A stretch of 64,000 bases of DNA from assembly GCF_041886205.1 (NCBI RefSeq), contig NZ_CP169029.1; one strand, 5' to 3'. The notes below the pieces were generated by a model. The model saw only the letters and a program-made list of their open reading frames with translations, did no database searches and had not been told where the DNA came from. Of this stretch, positions 46,735 through 56,900 are shown piece by piece. Both the position numbers and the translations under genes were made by a program. This DNA is from Escherichia coli. Its GTDB lineage: Bacteria; Pseudomonadota; Gammaproteobacteria; Enterobacterales; Enterobacteriaceae. The first letter of the stretch is position 1. Each line of letters starts with the position of its first letter.

Positions 46735-47355
46735 GTGGAAATTTACGAGAACGAAAACGACCAGGTAGAAGCGGTTAAACGCTTTTTTGCTGAAAATGGC
46801 AAAGCACTGGCTGTTGGGGTGATTTTGGGCGTTGGCGCACTGATTGGCTGGCGCTACTGGAACAGCCATCAGGTTGATTCTGCACGCTCCGCTTCTCTTG
46901 CCTATCAAAATGCGGTTACCGCAGTGAGCGAAGGCAAACCGGATAGCATCCCGGCGGCGGAAAAATTTGCTGCTGAAAATAAAAATACTTATGGTGCGCT
47001 GGCTTCTTTGGAACTTGCGCAGCAATTTGTTGACAAAAATGAACTAGAGAAAGCTGCCGCCCAGTTACAACAGGGGCTGGCAGACACGAGCGATGAAAAT
47101 CTCAAAGCCGTGATAAATCTGCGTCTTGCTCGCGTTCAGGTACAGCTCAAGCAGGCTGATGCCGCGCTGAAAACCCTTGATACCATCAAAGGTGAAGGGT
47201 GGGCTGCCATTGTTGCCGACCTGCGTGGTGAAGCATTGCTGAGCAAAGGTGATAAGCAAGGTGCGCGTAGTGCATGGGAAGCAGGCGTGAAAAGCGATGT
47301 TACTCCGGCACTGAGCGAAATGATGCAGATGAAAATTAATAATTTGTCCATCTGA
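46735..47355 (+). CDS. yfgM: Membrane-anchored TPR protein YfgM
   Basis: 206 aa; GTG start; N-terminal TM segment; lies between hisS and bamB. Confidence 0.85.
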   Translation: MEIYENENDQVEAVKRFFAENGKALAVGVILGVGALIGWRYWNSHQVDSARSASLAYQNAVTAVSEGKPDSIPAAEKFAAENKNTYGALASLELAQQFVDKNELEKAAAQLQQGLADTSDENLKAVINLRLARVQVQLKQADAALKTLDTIKGEGWAAIVADLRGEALLSKGDKQGARSAWEAGVKSDVTPALSEMMQMKINNLSI

Positions 47356-47365
47356 GAGGGACCCG

Positions 47366-48544
47366 ATGCAATTGCGTAAATTACTGCTGCCAGGACTGCT
47401 TTCCGTTACCCTTTTAAGCGGCTGTTCGCTGTTTAACAGCGAAGAAGATGTGGTAAAGATGTCCCCATTGCCAACCGTTGAAAACCAGTTTACGCCGACC
47501 ACGGCGTGGAGCACTTCCGTTGGTAGCGGCATTGGCAACTTCTATTCCAATCTTCATCCGGCACTGGCGGACAACGTTGTCTATGCAGCGGACCGCGCTG
47601 GTTTAGTAAAAGCGCTGAATGCGGATGATGGCAAAGAAATCTGGTCTGTCAGCCTGGCCGAGAAAGATGGCTGGTTCTCTAAAGAGCCTGCATTACTTTC
47701 TGGCGGTGTGACCGTGTCTGGTGGGCATGTCTACATTGGCAGCGAAAAGGCGCAGGTTTACGCGCTGAATACCAGCGATGGTACTGTGGCATGGCAAACT
47801 AAAGTCGCGGGTGAAGCACTTTCGCGCCCGGTGGTCAGCGACGGTCTGGTGTTAATCCACACCAGTAACGGTCAGTTACAAGCGCTGAACGAAGCTGACG
47901 GCGCTGTCAAATGGACAGTTAACCTCGATATGCCTTCGCTCTCTTTGCGTGGCGAGTCTGCGCCGGCAACGGCTTTTGGTGCGGCCGTCGTGGGGGGCGA
48001 TAATGGTCGCGTCAGCGCAGTGCTGATGGAACAGGGCCAGATGATTTGGCAGCAGCGTATTTCCCAGGCGACCGGTTCTACCGAAATTGACCGTCTGAGC
48101 GATGTTGACACGACTCCCGTCGTTGTTAACGGCGTTGTTTTCGCGCTGGCCTATAATGGTAACCTGACGGCGCTTGATCTGCGCAGTGGTCAGATTATGT
48201 GGAAACGCGAACTGGGTTCGGTGAATGATTTCATCGTCGACGGCAATCGCATCTATCTGGTCGATCAAAATGACCGGGTGATGGCGTTGACCATTGATGG
48301 CGGCGTTACGCTGTGGACACAAAGCGATCTGCTGCATCGCCTGCTGACTTCTCCGGTGCTGTATAATGGCAACCTGGTGGTCGGTGACAGTGAAGGTTAT
48401 TTGCACTGGATTAACGTCGAAGATGGTCGTTTCGTTGCCCAGCAAAAAGTTGATAGTTCCGGTTTCCAGACTGAACCGGTTGCCGCTGACGGCAAACTGC
48501 TGATCCAGGCAAAAGACGGAACCGTGTACTCTATTACACGTTAA
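47366..48544 (+). CDS. bamB: Outer-membrane assembly lipoprotein BamB
   Basis: 392 aa; lipobox LLSGCSLF; PQQ-like beta-propeller repeats. Confidence 0.9.
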   Translation: MQLRKLLLPGLLSVTLLSGCSLFNSEEDVVKMSPLPTVENQFTPTTAWSTSVGSGIGNFYSNLHPALADNVVYAADRAGLVKALNADDGKEIWSVSLAEKDGWFSKEPALLSGGVTVSGGHVYIGSEKAQVYALNTSDGTVAWQTKVAGEALSRPVVSDGLVLIHTSNGQLQALNEADGAVKWTVNLDMPSLSLRGESAPATAFGAAVVGGDNGRVSAVLMEQGQMIWQQRISQATGSTEIDRLSDVDTTPVVVNGVVFALAYNGNLTALDLRSGQIMWKRELGSVNDFIVDGNRIYLVDQNDRVMALTIDGGVTLWTQSDLLHRLLTSPVLYNGNLVVGDSEGYLHWINVEDGRFVAQQKVDSSGFQTEPVAADGKLLIQAKDGTVYSITR

Positions 48545-48565
48545 TCGTCTCTGTCGTTCACTTTG

Positions 48566-48603
48566 AAAACGGCTCCTGGACAGGGGCCGTTTTCCTGTTT
48601 TTA
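48566..48603 (+). terminator. Putative intrinsic terminator after bamB
   Basis: aaaacggc…gccgtttt stem followed by cctgttttt. Confidence 0.5.
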
Positions 48604-48661
48604 ACAACGACGCGAATATAGCGTGCGTTGTCTGATGATTTATAAAAATGAGGCTTTAAAC

Positions 48662-50134
48662 ATGGTACCTGTGGTCGCGCTTGTCGGGCGCCCTAACGTA
48701 GGAAAATCCACGTTATTTAACCGTCTAACTCGCACCCGAGATGCGCTGGTTGCGGATTTCCCGGGTCTGACTCGTGACCGTAAGTACGGTCGTGCGGAAA
48801 TTGAAGGCCGTGAGTTTATCTGTATTGATACCGGCGGGATTGATGGCACAGAAGACGGTGTAGAAACCCGCATGGCGGAACAGTCGCTGCTGGCGATTGA
48901 AGAAGCGGACGTCGTACTGTTTATGGTGGATGCGCGCGCGGGCCTGATGCCGGCAGATGAAGCGATTGCCAAACATCTGCGCTCCCGTGAAAAACCGACC
49001 TTCCTGGTGGCAAACAAAACTGACGGTCTGGATCCCGATCAGGCAGTGGTTGATTTCTACTCGCTTGGTTTAGGTGAAATCTACCCGATCGCCGCGTCTC
49101 ACGGTCGTGGCGTATTAAGTCTGCTGGAGCATGTGCTGCTGCCGTGGATGGAAGATCTCGCACCGCAAGAGGAAGTCGACGAAGACGCTGAATACTGGGC
49201 GCAATTTGAAGCGGAAGAGAACGGCGAAGAAGAAGAGGAAGACGACTTCGACCCGCAAAGTCTGCCGATCAAACTGGCGATTGTGGGTCGTCCGAACGTA
49301 GGTAAGTCTACACTCACTAACCGTATTCTTGGTGAAGAGCGCGTTGTTGTTTACGACATGCCTGGCACGACGCGTGACAGCATCTACATCCCAATGGAAC
49401 GCGATGGACGTGAGTATGTGCTCATTGACACCGCTGGCGTACGTAAACGCGGCAAAATCACCGATGCTGTAGAGAAATTCTCCGTAATCAAAACGTTGCA
49501 GGCCATTGAAGACGCCAACGTGGTGATGTTAGTGATTGATGCGCGCGAAGGTATTTCCGATCAGGATCTCTCGCTGCTGGGCTTTATTCTCAATAGTGGG
49601 CGCTCACTTGTCATTGTGGTGAATAAGTGGGATGGCCTGAGTCAGGAAGTGAAAGAGCAGGTGAAAGAAACGCTGGACTTCCGTCTGGGCTTTATCGATT
49701 TTGCTCGAGTGCACTTTATCTCTGCCTTGCACGGCAGTGGTGTTGGTAACTTGTTTGAATCAGTACGTGAAGCGTATGACAGCTCCACCCGTCGTGTGGG
49801 GACCTCTATGCTGACGCGCATCATGACGATGGCTGTTGAAGATCACCAACCGCCGCTGGTACGCGGTCGTCGTGTGAAGCTGAAATATGCCCACGCCGGT
49901 GGTTATAACCCGCCGATTGTGGTGATTCACGGTAATCAGGTGAAAGACCTGCCTGATTCCTACAAGCGCTACTTGATGAACTACTTCCGCAAATCGCTGG
50001 ACGTAATGGGATCGCCGATTCGTATTCAGTTCAAAGAAGGGGAAAACCCGTATGCGAATAAGCGTAACACCCTGACGCCAACTCAGATGCGTAAACGTAA
50101 GCGTCTGATGAAGCACATCAAGAAAAGTAAGTAA
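48662..50134 (+). CDS. der: Ribosome-assembly GTPase Der (EngA), double GTPase
   Basis: Two G1 motifs (GRPNVGKST twice) and a KH-like C-terminus. ATG at 48662 gives 490 aa; the track ORF starts 13 codons upstream. Confidence 0.9.
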   Translation: MVPVVALVGRPNVGKSTLFNRLTRTRDALVADFPGLTRDRKYGRAEIEGREFICIDTGGIDGTEDGVETRMAEQSLLAIEEADVVLFMVDARAGLMPADEAIAKHLRSREKPTFLVANKTDGLDPDQAVVDFYSLGLGEIYPIAASHGRGVLSLLEHVLLPWMEDLAPQEEVDEDAEYWAQFEAEENGEEEEEDDFDPQSLPIKLAIVGRPNVGKSTLTNRILGEERVVVYDMPGTTRDSIYIPMERDGREYVLIDTAGVRKRGKITDAVEKFSVIKTLQAIEDANVVMLVIDAREGISDQDLSLLGFILNSGRSLVIVVNKWDGLSQEVKEQVKETLDFRLGFIDFARVHFISALHGSGVGNLFESVREAYDSSTRRVGTSMLTRIMTMAVEDHQPPLVRGRRVKLKYAHAGGYNPPIVVIHGNQVKDLPDSYKRYLMNYFRKSLDVMGSPIRIQFKEGENPYANKRNTLTPTQMRKRKRLMKHIKKSK

Positions 50135-50196
50135 TTACTTATCTGGTTTCCCTTTTCGCATGGAGAGGGAAACCGAATAACACGCGAGGAGTATTG

Positions 50197-50412
50197 ATGG
50201 AATTCACTTGCCCAACCTGCCATAAACCTCTCGAACACCACGGCGAGACGGCTCACTGCGTAACTTGCGATAAAGATTTCACCATCCAGGCACGTTGCCC
50301 TGACTGCCATCAGCCGCTACAGGTGTTAAAGGCTTGTGGCGCTGTGGACTATTTCTGTCAACATGGTCACGGATTAATTTCTAAAAAACGCGTTGAGTTT
50401 ATTATCGCTTAA
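50197..50412 (+). CDS. yfgJ: Small zinc-ribbon protein YfgJ
   Basis: 71 aa with four CxxC pairs (CPTC, CVTC, CPDC, CQHGH). Confidence 0.75.
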   Translation: MEFTCPTCHKPLEHHGETAHCVTCDKDFTIQARCPDCHQPLQVLKACGAVDYFCQHGHGLISKKRVEFIIA

Positions 50413-50427
50413 TATCATTCGAATGTA

Positions 50428-50466
50428 TGGTTTTATCATTTGTATTTAATATACAAATGATAAAAC
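50428..50466. repeat. Perfect 17-bp-arm inverted repeat at the left edge of the adhesin island
   Basis: ggttttatcatttgtat-ttaat-atacaaatgataaaacc, read directly; located 15 nt after the yfgJ stop in an AT-rich spacer. Confidence 0.8.
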
Positions 50467-50621
50467 CTTCTCTTATTAGTTAAATCATTAATACATGTGA
50501 GTAAAATTATTTAGATATATTTTTAGGAATATATTTAGTTTTTCTGACGTGCCTTCCTGAATGTTCTGGCATAGAATATTAGAGCTTATTCATCAAATTA
50601 TCATTGCCACAGGGAAAGTGC

Positions 50622-52796
50622 ATGCTGCGATGGAGTCGCTTTATTATGTTACTATTCATCTCTGCTGCAACTCCTGCGGCAGAGATAAATAGTAAGCAAA
50701 ACGAATCGTTACCTGATTTAGGCAGCCAGGCGGCTCAACAAGTAGAACAAACGGATAAGGGTAAATCGTTAAAAGAGCGTGGAGCCGATTACGTCATTGA
50801 TTCTGCTACGCAAGGGTTTGAAAACCTAACCCCCGAGGCGCTGGAATCTCAGGCCAGAAGCTATCTGCAAAGTCAAATCACCTCAACCGCACAATCTTAT
50901 ATTGAAGACACACTCTCTCCCTACGGTAAGGTCCGTTCGAATCTCTCTATTGGTCAGGGTGGCGATCTGGATGGTAGCTCCATCGATTATTTTGTTCCCT
51001 GGTATGATAATCAAACGACCGTTTATTTCAGTCAATTTTCTGCGCAACGAAAAGAGGATCGTACGATCGGGAATATCGGAATTGGAGTAAGACATAATTT
51101 CGATGAATGGCTTTTGGGTGGGAATATATTTTACGATTATGATTTCACCCGTGGGCATCGTCGTTTAGGTTTAGGGACAGAAGCCTGGACCAATTATTTA
51201 AAATTTTCTGGCAACTATTATCATCCGCTCTCTGACTGGAAAAACTCTGAGGATTTCGACTTTTATGAAGAGCGTCCGGCGCGCGGTTGGGATATTCGTG
51301 CTGAAGCCTGGTTACCTTCTTATCCACAACTGGGGGGCAAGATTGTCTTCGAGCAATATTACGGTGATGAAGTCGCCCTTTTTGGTACGGATAATTTAGA
51401 GAAAGATCCCTATGCGGTGACGCTAGGACTAAATTATCAACCGGTACCGTTACTGACAGTTGGAACGGATTATAAAGCGGGGACCGGAGATAACAGCGAT
51501 GTCAGCATTAATGCCACTCTTAATTATCAGTTCGGCGTTCCGCTAAAAGATCAACTCGACAGCGATAAAGTAAAAGCAGTCCACTCGTTGATGGGTAGCC
51601 GACAGGACTTTGTCGAGCGTAATAACTTTATCGTCCTGGAATATAAAGAGAAAGACCCTCTGGATGTGACGTTGTGGCTGAAAGCGGATGCGACCAACGA
51701 GCATCCAGAGTGCGTCATTAAGGACACTCCTGAAGCGGCGGTCGGTCTGGAAAAATGTAAGTGGACCATTAACGCACTGATCAATCACCACTACAAAATT
51801 GTCGCTGCGTCATGGCAGGCGAAAAACAATGCCGCCCGCACGCTGGTGATGCCGGTCATCAAAGAAAATACCATCACTGAAGGCAACAACAACCACTGGA
51901 ATCTGATACTGCCAGCCTGGCAGTACAGCTCTGACAAAGCTGAGCAGGAAAAACTCAATACCTGGCGGGTACGGCTGGCGCTGGAAGATGAAAAAGGTAA
52001 TCGGCAAAACTCCGGCCTGGTGGAAATCACTGTTCAGCAGGACCGTAAAATAGAGCTTATCGTCAATAACATTGCCGATGCGCCTGCCGAGAATAACCAC
52101 AGCCATGAAGCCAGCGCTCAGGCGGATGGCGTTGATGGTGTAGTCATGGACCTCGAGGTGACGGACAGTTTTGGCGATAACACGGACCGCAACGGTGATG
52201 CTCTGCCAGAAGATAATCTTGCACCGCAGCTCTACGACGCTCAGGACAAAAAAGTCACGCTAACCAATAAACCCTGCTCGACCGACAACCCCTGCGTGTT
52301 TATTGCCAAACAAGATAAAGAAAAGGGAACGGTAACCCTCTCCAGTACATTGCCAGGCGTTTTCCGCTGGAAAGCGAAAGCGGCTCCCTACGATGACAGT
52401 AACTATGTGGATGTCACGTTTATTGGATCTGATATCGGCGGGCTTAATGCTTTCATTTACCGGCTTGGGGTAGCGAAGCCAGTCAATTTGATCGGCAATG
52501 ATAAAGACCCCCTGCCGCTGGGCAACACGTACCGATTTGTGTTGTGGCGTGATGCCAACAAAGACGGCGTTTTTCAGCAGTCGGAAAAACTAACCGATGA
52601 AGAGATGACTCAGTACGACTACAAGTGGGAATTTACCGGCAAGAGCATCAATGGCGAAGTAGGTGCGCAGGCGAACACATCCAATGCAGACATTGTAATA
52701 CCGGCGACCAACCGTGAAGCGGCGCAATCCTATGGTGCAAAAGTGGAAGATGGCTTGCAGGGATACGGTTTACGCGTGCTGTACACCAAAAAATAA
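50622..52796 (+). CDS. sinH: Intimin/invasin-family inverse autotransporter (SinH-like)
   Basis: Signal peptide MLRWSRFIMLLFISAATPAA; intimin/invasin-like beta-domain motifs (GNIGIGVRH, YYHPLSDWK, GWDIRAEAWLPSYPQLGGK, EQYYGDEVALFG) followed by passenger domains. An alternative TTG at 50604 would give the 730-aa track ORF. Confidence 0.75.
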   Translation: MLRWSRFIMLLFISAATPAAEINSKQNESLPDLGSQAAQQVEQTDKGKSLKERGADYVIDSATQGFENLTPEALESQARSYLQSQITSTAQSYIEDTLSPYGKVRSNLSIGQGGDLDGSSIDYFVPWYDNQTTVYFSQFSAQRKEDRTIGNIGIGVRHNFDEWLLGGNIFYDYDFTRGHRRLGLGTEAWTNYLKFSGNYYHPLSDWKNSEDFDFYEERPARGWDIRAEAWLPSYPQLGGKIVFEQYYGDEVALFGTDNLEKDPYAVTLGLNYQPVPLLTVGTDYKAGTGDNSDVSINATLNYQFGVPLKDQLDSDKVKAVHSLMGSRQDFVERNNFIVLEYKEKDPLDVTLWLKADATNEHPECVIKDTPEAAVGLEKCKWTINALINHHYKIVAASWQAKNNAARTLVMPVIKENTITEGNNNHWNLILPAWQYSSDKAEQEKLNTWRVRLALEDEKGNRQNSGLVEITVQQDRKIELIVNNIADAPAENNHSHEASAQADGVDGVVMDLEVTDSFGDNTDRNGDALPEDNLAPQLYDAQDKKVTLTNKPCSTDNPCVFIAKQDKEKGTVTLSSTLPGVFRWKAKAAPYDDSNYVDVTFIGSDIGGLNAFIYRLGVAKPVNLIGNDKDPLPLGNTYRFVLWRDANKDGVFQQSEKLTDEEMTQYDYKWEFTGKSINGEVGAQANTSNADIVIPATNREAAQSYGAKVEDGLQGYGLRVLYTKK

Positions 52797-52850
52797 GATT
52801 GGCGTAAGGCCAGTCGGCCAGTCGCTGAAGATTCATTAAGGAGAGACTCA

Positions 52851-53828
52851 ATGAAGCAGGACAAAAGACGCGGTCTGACCCGGATCGCATTGGCGCTGGC
52901 ACTGGCGGGTTACTGCGTGACGCCCCTTGCGCTGGCGGAAGACAGCGCGTGGATCGAGAGCGGCGAGACCAATATTTTCCAGGGGACTATTCCGTGGCTC
53001 TATTCGGAAGGAGGAAATGCTACGACAGATGCCGACCATGTAACGTTGACTTCTGATCTAAAAGGCGCTCGCCCGCAAGGCAGTGAAACGGACAAGCGTC
53101 TTTACTCGGGTGATAAACTAACCGTAAGCTGGGAGATTGGCGATACTGAAGGCGACGTCGATCTTGGTACGGCGGGTAAAGATGCAAAAACCATCGATAC
53201 CATCCGCTGGATGAGCTACAAGGACGCCCAGGGGGGCGATCCAAAAGAGCTGGCAACGAAGGTGACCACTTACACCCTTACCGATGCCGACCGTGGACGC
53301 TATATCGGTATTGAAATTACCCCAACCACCCAGACGGGTACGCCATACGTTGGGACTGCGCTGCATCTTTATGATGTTTCAAATGCTAACGGCGGGGGAA
53401 GCGATGAAGATAACGTTGATCCAGGACCGGTAGTTAACCAGAACCTGAAAGTCGCCATCTTTGTTAAAGACACTACGACCAACCTTATTAACGGCAATAC
53501 GCCAATCCAGTTGGGCAAAACGTACGTCGCCAAACTGTACTCGGATGAGAACAAAAACGGTCGGTATGACGCGGGTACTGACGTTGATGTTACCACCAAT
53601 TATGACTACCGTTGGGTACTCTCTGGCAGCAGCCAACAGCTCAGCACCTCGGGTGGTATCGTTAACTCAAGCTTCGATAATCAAAACCTGGTCATCCCTG
53701 CGACCAACGACGAAGCCAGAACCAACCTTAACGGCCCTGCTCGTGATGGCAAAGAGGCTCTTGCGATCCCGACCAACGGCGATGGGGTTCAGGGTTACAA
53801 ACTGCAAATTATCTACAAACACAAATAA
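52851..53828 (+). CDS. Secreted SinI-like protein with a C-terminal module shared with the SinH-like protein
   Basis: 325 aa; AAGGAG RBS; signal peptide (ALALAGYCVTPLALA); C-terminal ~110 aa align by eye with the SinH-like C-terminus (YDYKW/YDYRW, IPATN-EA, QGYGL/QGYKL). Confidence 0.75.
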   Translation: MKQDKRRGLTRIALALALAGYCVTPLALAEDSAWIESGETNIFQGTIPWLYSEGGNATTDADHVTLTSDLKGARPQGSETDKRLYSGDKLTVSWEIGDTEGDVDLGTAGKDAKTIDTIRWMSYKDAQGGDPKELATKVTTYTLTDADRGRYIGIEITPTTQTGTPYVGTALHLYDVSNANGGGSDEDNVDPGPVVNQNLKVAIFVKDTTTNLINGNTPIQLGKTYVAKLYSDENKNGRYDAGTDVDVTTNYDYRWVLSGSSQQLSTSGGIVNSSFDNQNLVIPATNDEARTNLNGPARDGKEALAIPTNGDGVQGYKLQIIYKHK

Positions 53829-53839
53829 CACTTGCTCAA

Positions 53840-53868
53840 CAGCATTCCCGCGTGGGAATGCTGTTTCC
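53840..53868 (+). terminator. Putative intrinsic terminator after the sinI-like gene
   Basis: cagcattccc-gcgt-gggaatgctg hairpin followed by tttcc. Confidence 0.45.
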
Positions 53869-53948
53869 GCATATTTTGCTTAATTCAGGATTAAGCAAAA
53901 TATGTTGATGCGGTAACCGTTCGTTAAATAACTGGTGGAGTTCTTTTC

Positions 53949-56900
53949 ATGTCCCAGCCCCTGAAACCCGGCACTTTTTATGTTCTGCTTGTATTGCTGC
54001 TAACCGCAATGCTGCCGGGATGGTCATGGGCGGGCTCGTCATGGCAAGACTCATCCGATACGGCGGGAGAATTTAACGGTACCGTCCCCAATGCCGACAG
54101 CGCCAGTATGCCGGTTTATCAGGGCAGTATTTGGCTTGATCCTGCAAAGACCCATGATGTTTCGTTTTCCGCTAAACCCAATGAATTTAGCGTTAATCTG
54201 GATGTGTCGAAGCTGATTGTGACGAACCCGCAGGACCTGGAAGGGGATGTGTTTACCAACCCCCGTTGGGAAAACCAAACGCCGCCAGCGGTCTCTTTAG
54301 TCTGGGCGGATGCGGCGACACCGGAAACCCCACTTAATCCTCAGCCAGTGGCTGGGCGTTCCTTTTGTGCGCAAGGGCTTGCTGGGCGTTCGCTGGTTGT
54401 CTGGCCGCAGCCAGACCCACAGCAGACCATGCCGCAACTTTATCTACGCACCTCGACAGGTTATCCCTATGAAAGTCTTCTGACGCTTGTCGATAAAAAA
54501 GTGACGTTAAATATTGCACCGGCCCAGGGCGACTTAATTTCTGTCAGTGCGGCCGGTTATGACGATACCGTGGGCGGGGCGAAAACTACCGTTGGCGGCA
54601 ATATCACGTTGACCGTTACCACCAAAGACTGCAGCGGCAACGTTGCAGGAAATATTCCTTTTATTATCAAACGCAAAGATGCTGAAAACCGACAGGGTGA
54701 GGTCAACAATGCTTCGCCGGTTGTTCTGGACAAAACTGAACTGACCACTATCGCGACCGAATATCACGGCACCACGGATGCGAACGGCGTTGCGACGATC
54801 ACGGTCACGCAACCCAACGGCCCTGGTGTAAAAACGCCGCTGGTAGCCAGTCTTTCAGGTATTGGTCAAACCAGTGAAACGGCAGTGATCTTTACCGTCC
54901 TTACCAGCCCGGATGTCCCTCAGGCCACGATGTGGGGCCATATGCCCGATACGCTAAAGGCCCATGATTATACGTTCAGTCGGCCAAAATTGGCGGCAGA
55001 AGTCGATAACGAAAATGGTACCGTTAACGATCACAATGAAACCTGGTCTACCTTCACCTGGAGCGGGGCGGATAAACATTGCGACATTTTGCCCGGTATG
55101 CGCCAGTTTGGCGCGTTGGCAACGGTGGTGCCCACGACAGTTCAGGATCTCGTTGGTTGGCCGATACAGGGTAACTACTACTGGTCATCACTGGCGGGGA
55201 TGACCGGACAGCACCATGCGGCGGATGTTTCCAACCGTAGCGAAGCGCAAAAACCGGACGATACGACGTTTATTGTCAGTTGTGTCGATAAAGAAGCTCC
55301 TGACGTTGAACCGAAACTGGTGCTAACACCGGGAAGCTATGATTCGACGTTAAAGGCGATGAAAGTAAAGGTGGGGGAAGAAGCGTCTCTGCGTGTAACC
55401 ATCACCGATAATAAAAACAATAATCAACCGCTGGCGTATTACTACTTTTCGTTACATCTGGATGACGGCATCAACCGTAAAAATCCATCGGATGCGGCAT
55501 GGGAAGCGCATCCGGTGCAGATAGCGGGTGGCAGCAATGTCCATCAGGTTGACGCGCATACCTATGAAGGCATTACGGATGTAAATGGTCAGGCATCACT
55601 GACGCTAACGCAACCGGGCGGCGCGGGCGTGAAAACACACATTACTGCGAAAATGCGCAGCGACTTCACCACGTCGGATGAGAAAGACGTGATTTTTACA
55701 GTCATTACCAGCCCCGATACTGACAAAGCCCGGATGTGGGGGCATATGCAGGGTATTATTGATTCTAATAATATCTTTAAACGTCCACGGCTGGCAGATG
55801 AAACCGACCATGAACTCGGTTCAGTGCGGGAGAACAACGAAGACTGGGCGCTGTTCGACCAAAATAGCAGCATGCAGGCTGAATGCGGTGTAGGTCATAT
55901 TCCGAGCCAGAATCAATTACAGGGTCTGTTCACGGCGCATCCTGGCAATGCGATTGGCACCGAATATGGCTGGCCGACGGCGCAAAAAGATTACCTTAGT
56001 GCGGTACAACAAGAGCCACACTCCTCCGTGAACCTGGGCACAGGTAACATCGACACCTATTCAGGCTTTAAGCAGAACTATCTCTCCTGTTCCGGTAATG
56101 AGATGGTTGCTCAGATTACCGCAACGACCGATCATGACGTTTCCGTGGGCAGCAGGGCGCAGGCTAAAGTTGGAGAAACCGTCACCATGACGGTGCATAC
56201 CTTCAATGCACTGAATAATGCGCCCGTGCCGTTTACCGCCTTCAGCATCACAAAGGAGATGGGTAAAAACCGTCAGGGGCAGACTACCGGATATACCGAT
56301 CCGACGAGTGGCGCAATTGAGATGAATGGCACGCTCTACGGAACATCCCAGGCCTCGGTGGTTTATTCCGGGACTACGGATGCACAGGGCTACGCAACGG
56401 TGGAGATTGAACAACCCCAGGGCGTGGGCTTAATTACGCCGCTAAATATTGCGCCTGTGAACTCCTATATTCCCAATACAGTAAATTACAACGTGATTTT
56501 CACCACGCCTACCAGCCCGGATGTGGTGGCGGCGCAGATGTGGGGGCATATGGATGAGACTATTACAGTCGATTCTTTAACCTTCACCCGGCCTAAACTG
56601 GCAGCGGAAGTTTCCAGCCCGGATGCGACATTGACAGAAAATAATGAAGTCTGGGCACGTGTGAGTCAGGCGAATACGTCCAGTATAAGTAAAGGTGGCT
56701 GTGGAGCGAATATGCTGCCGCGTCGATCCCAGCTTAGCGCGCTCTATGAGGCTAATAACGGTAATGCTGTACAAACAGTACACGGCTGGCCAACCCTGCG
56801 TGAGCCGTACTGGAGTAGTTCCCCAGCGGATAAAGTTCCTCATTTTTACACCATTGCACTCAATGATGGCGCACAGGCTATTGGCGGTAGCAACGCGGTT

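Noticed and set aside
47876-48607. 243-aa ORF on the minus strand
   Set aside because: Antisense to bamB; Arg/Gln-rich translation typical of a non-coding frame.
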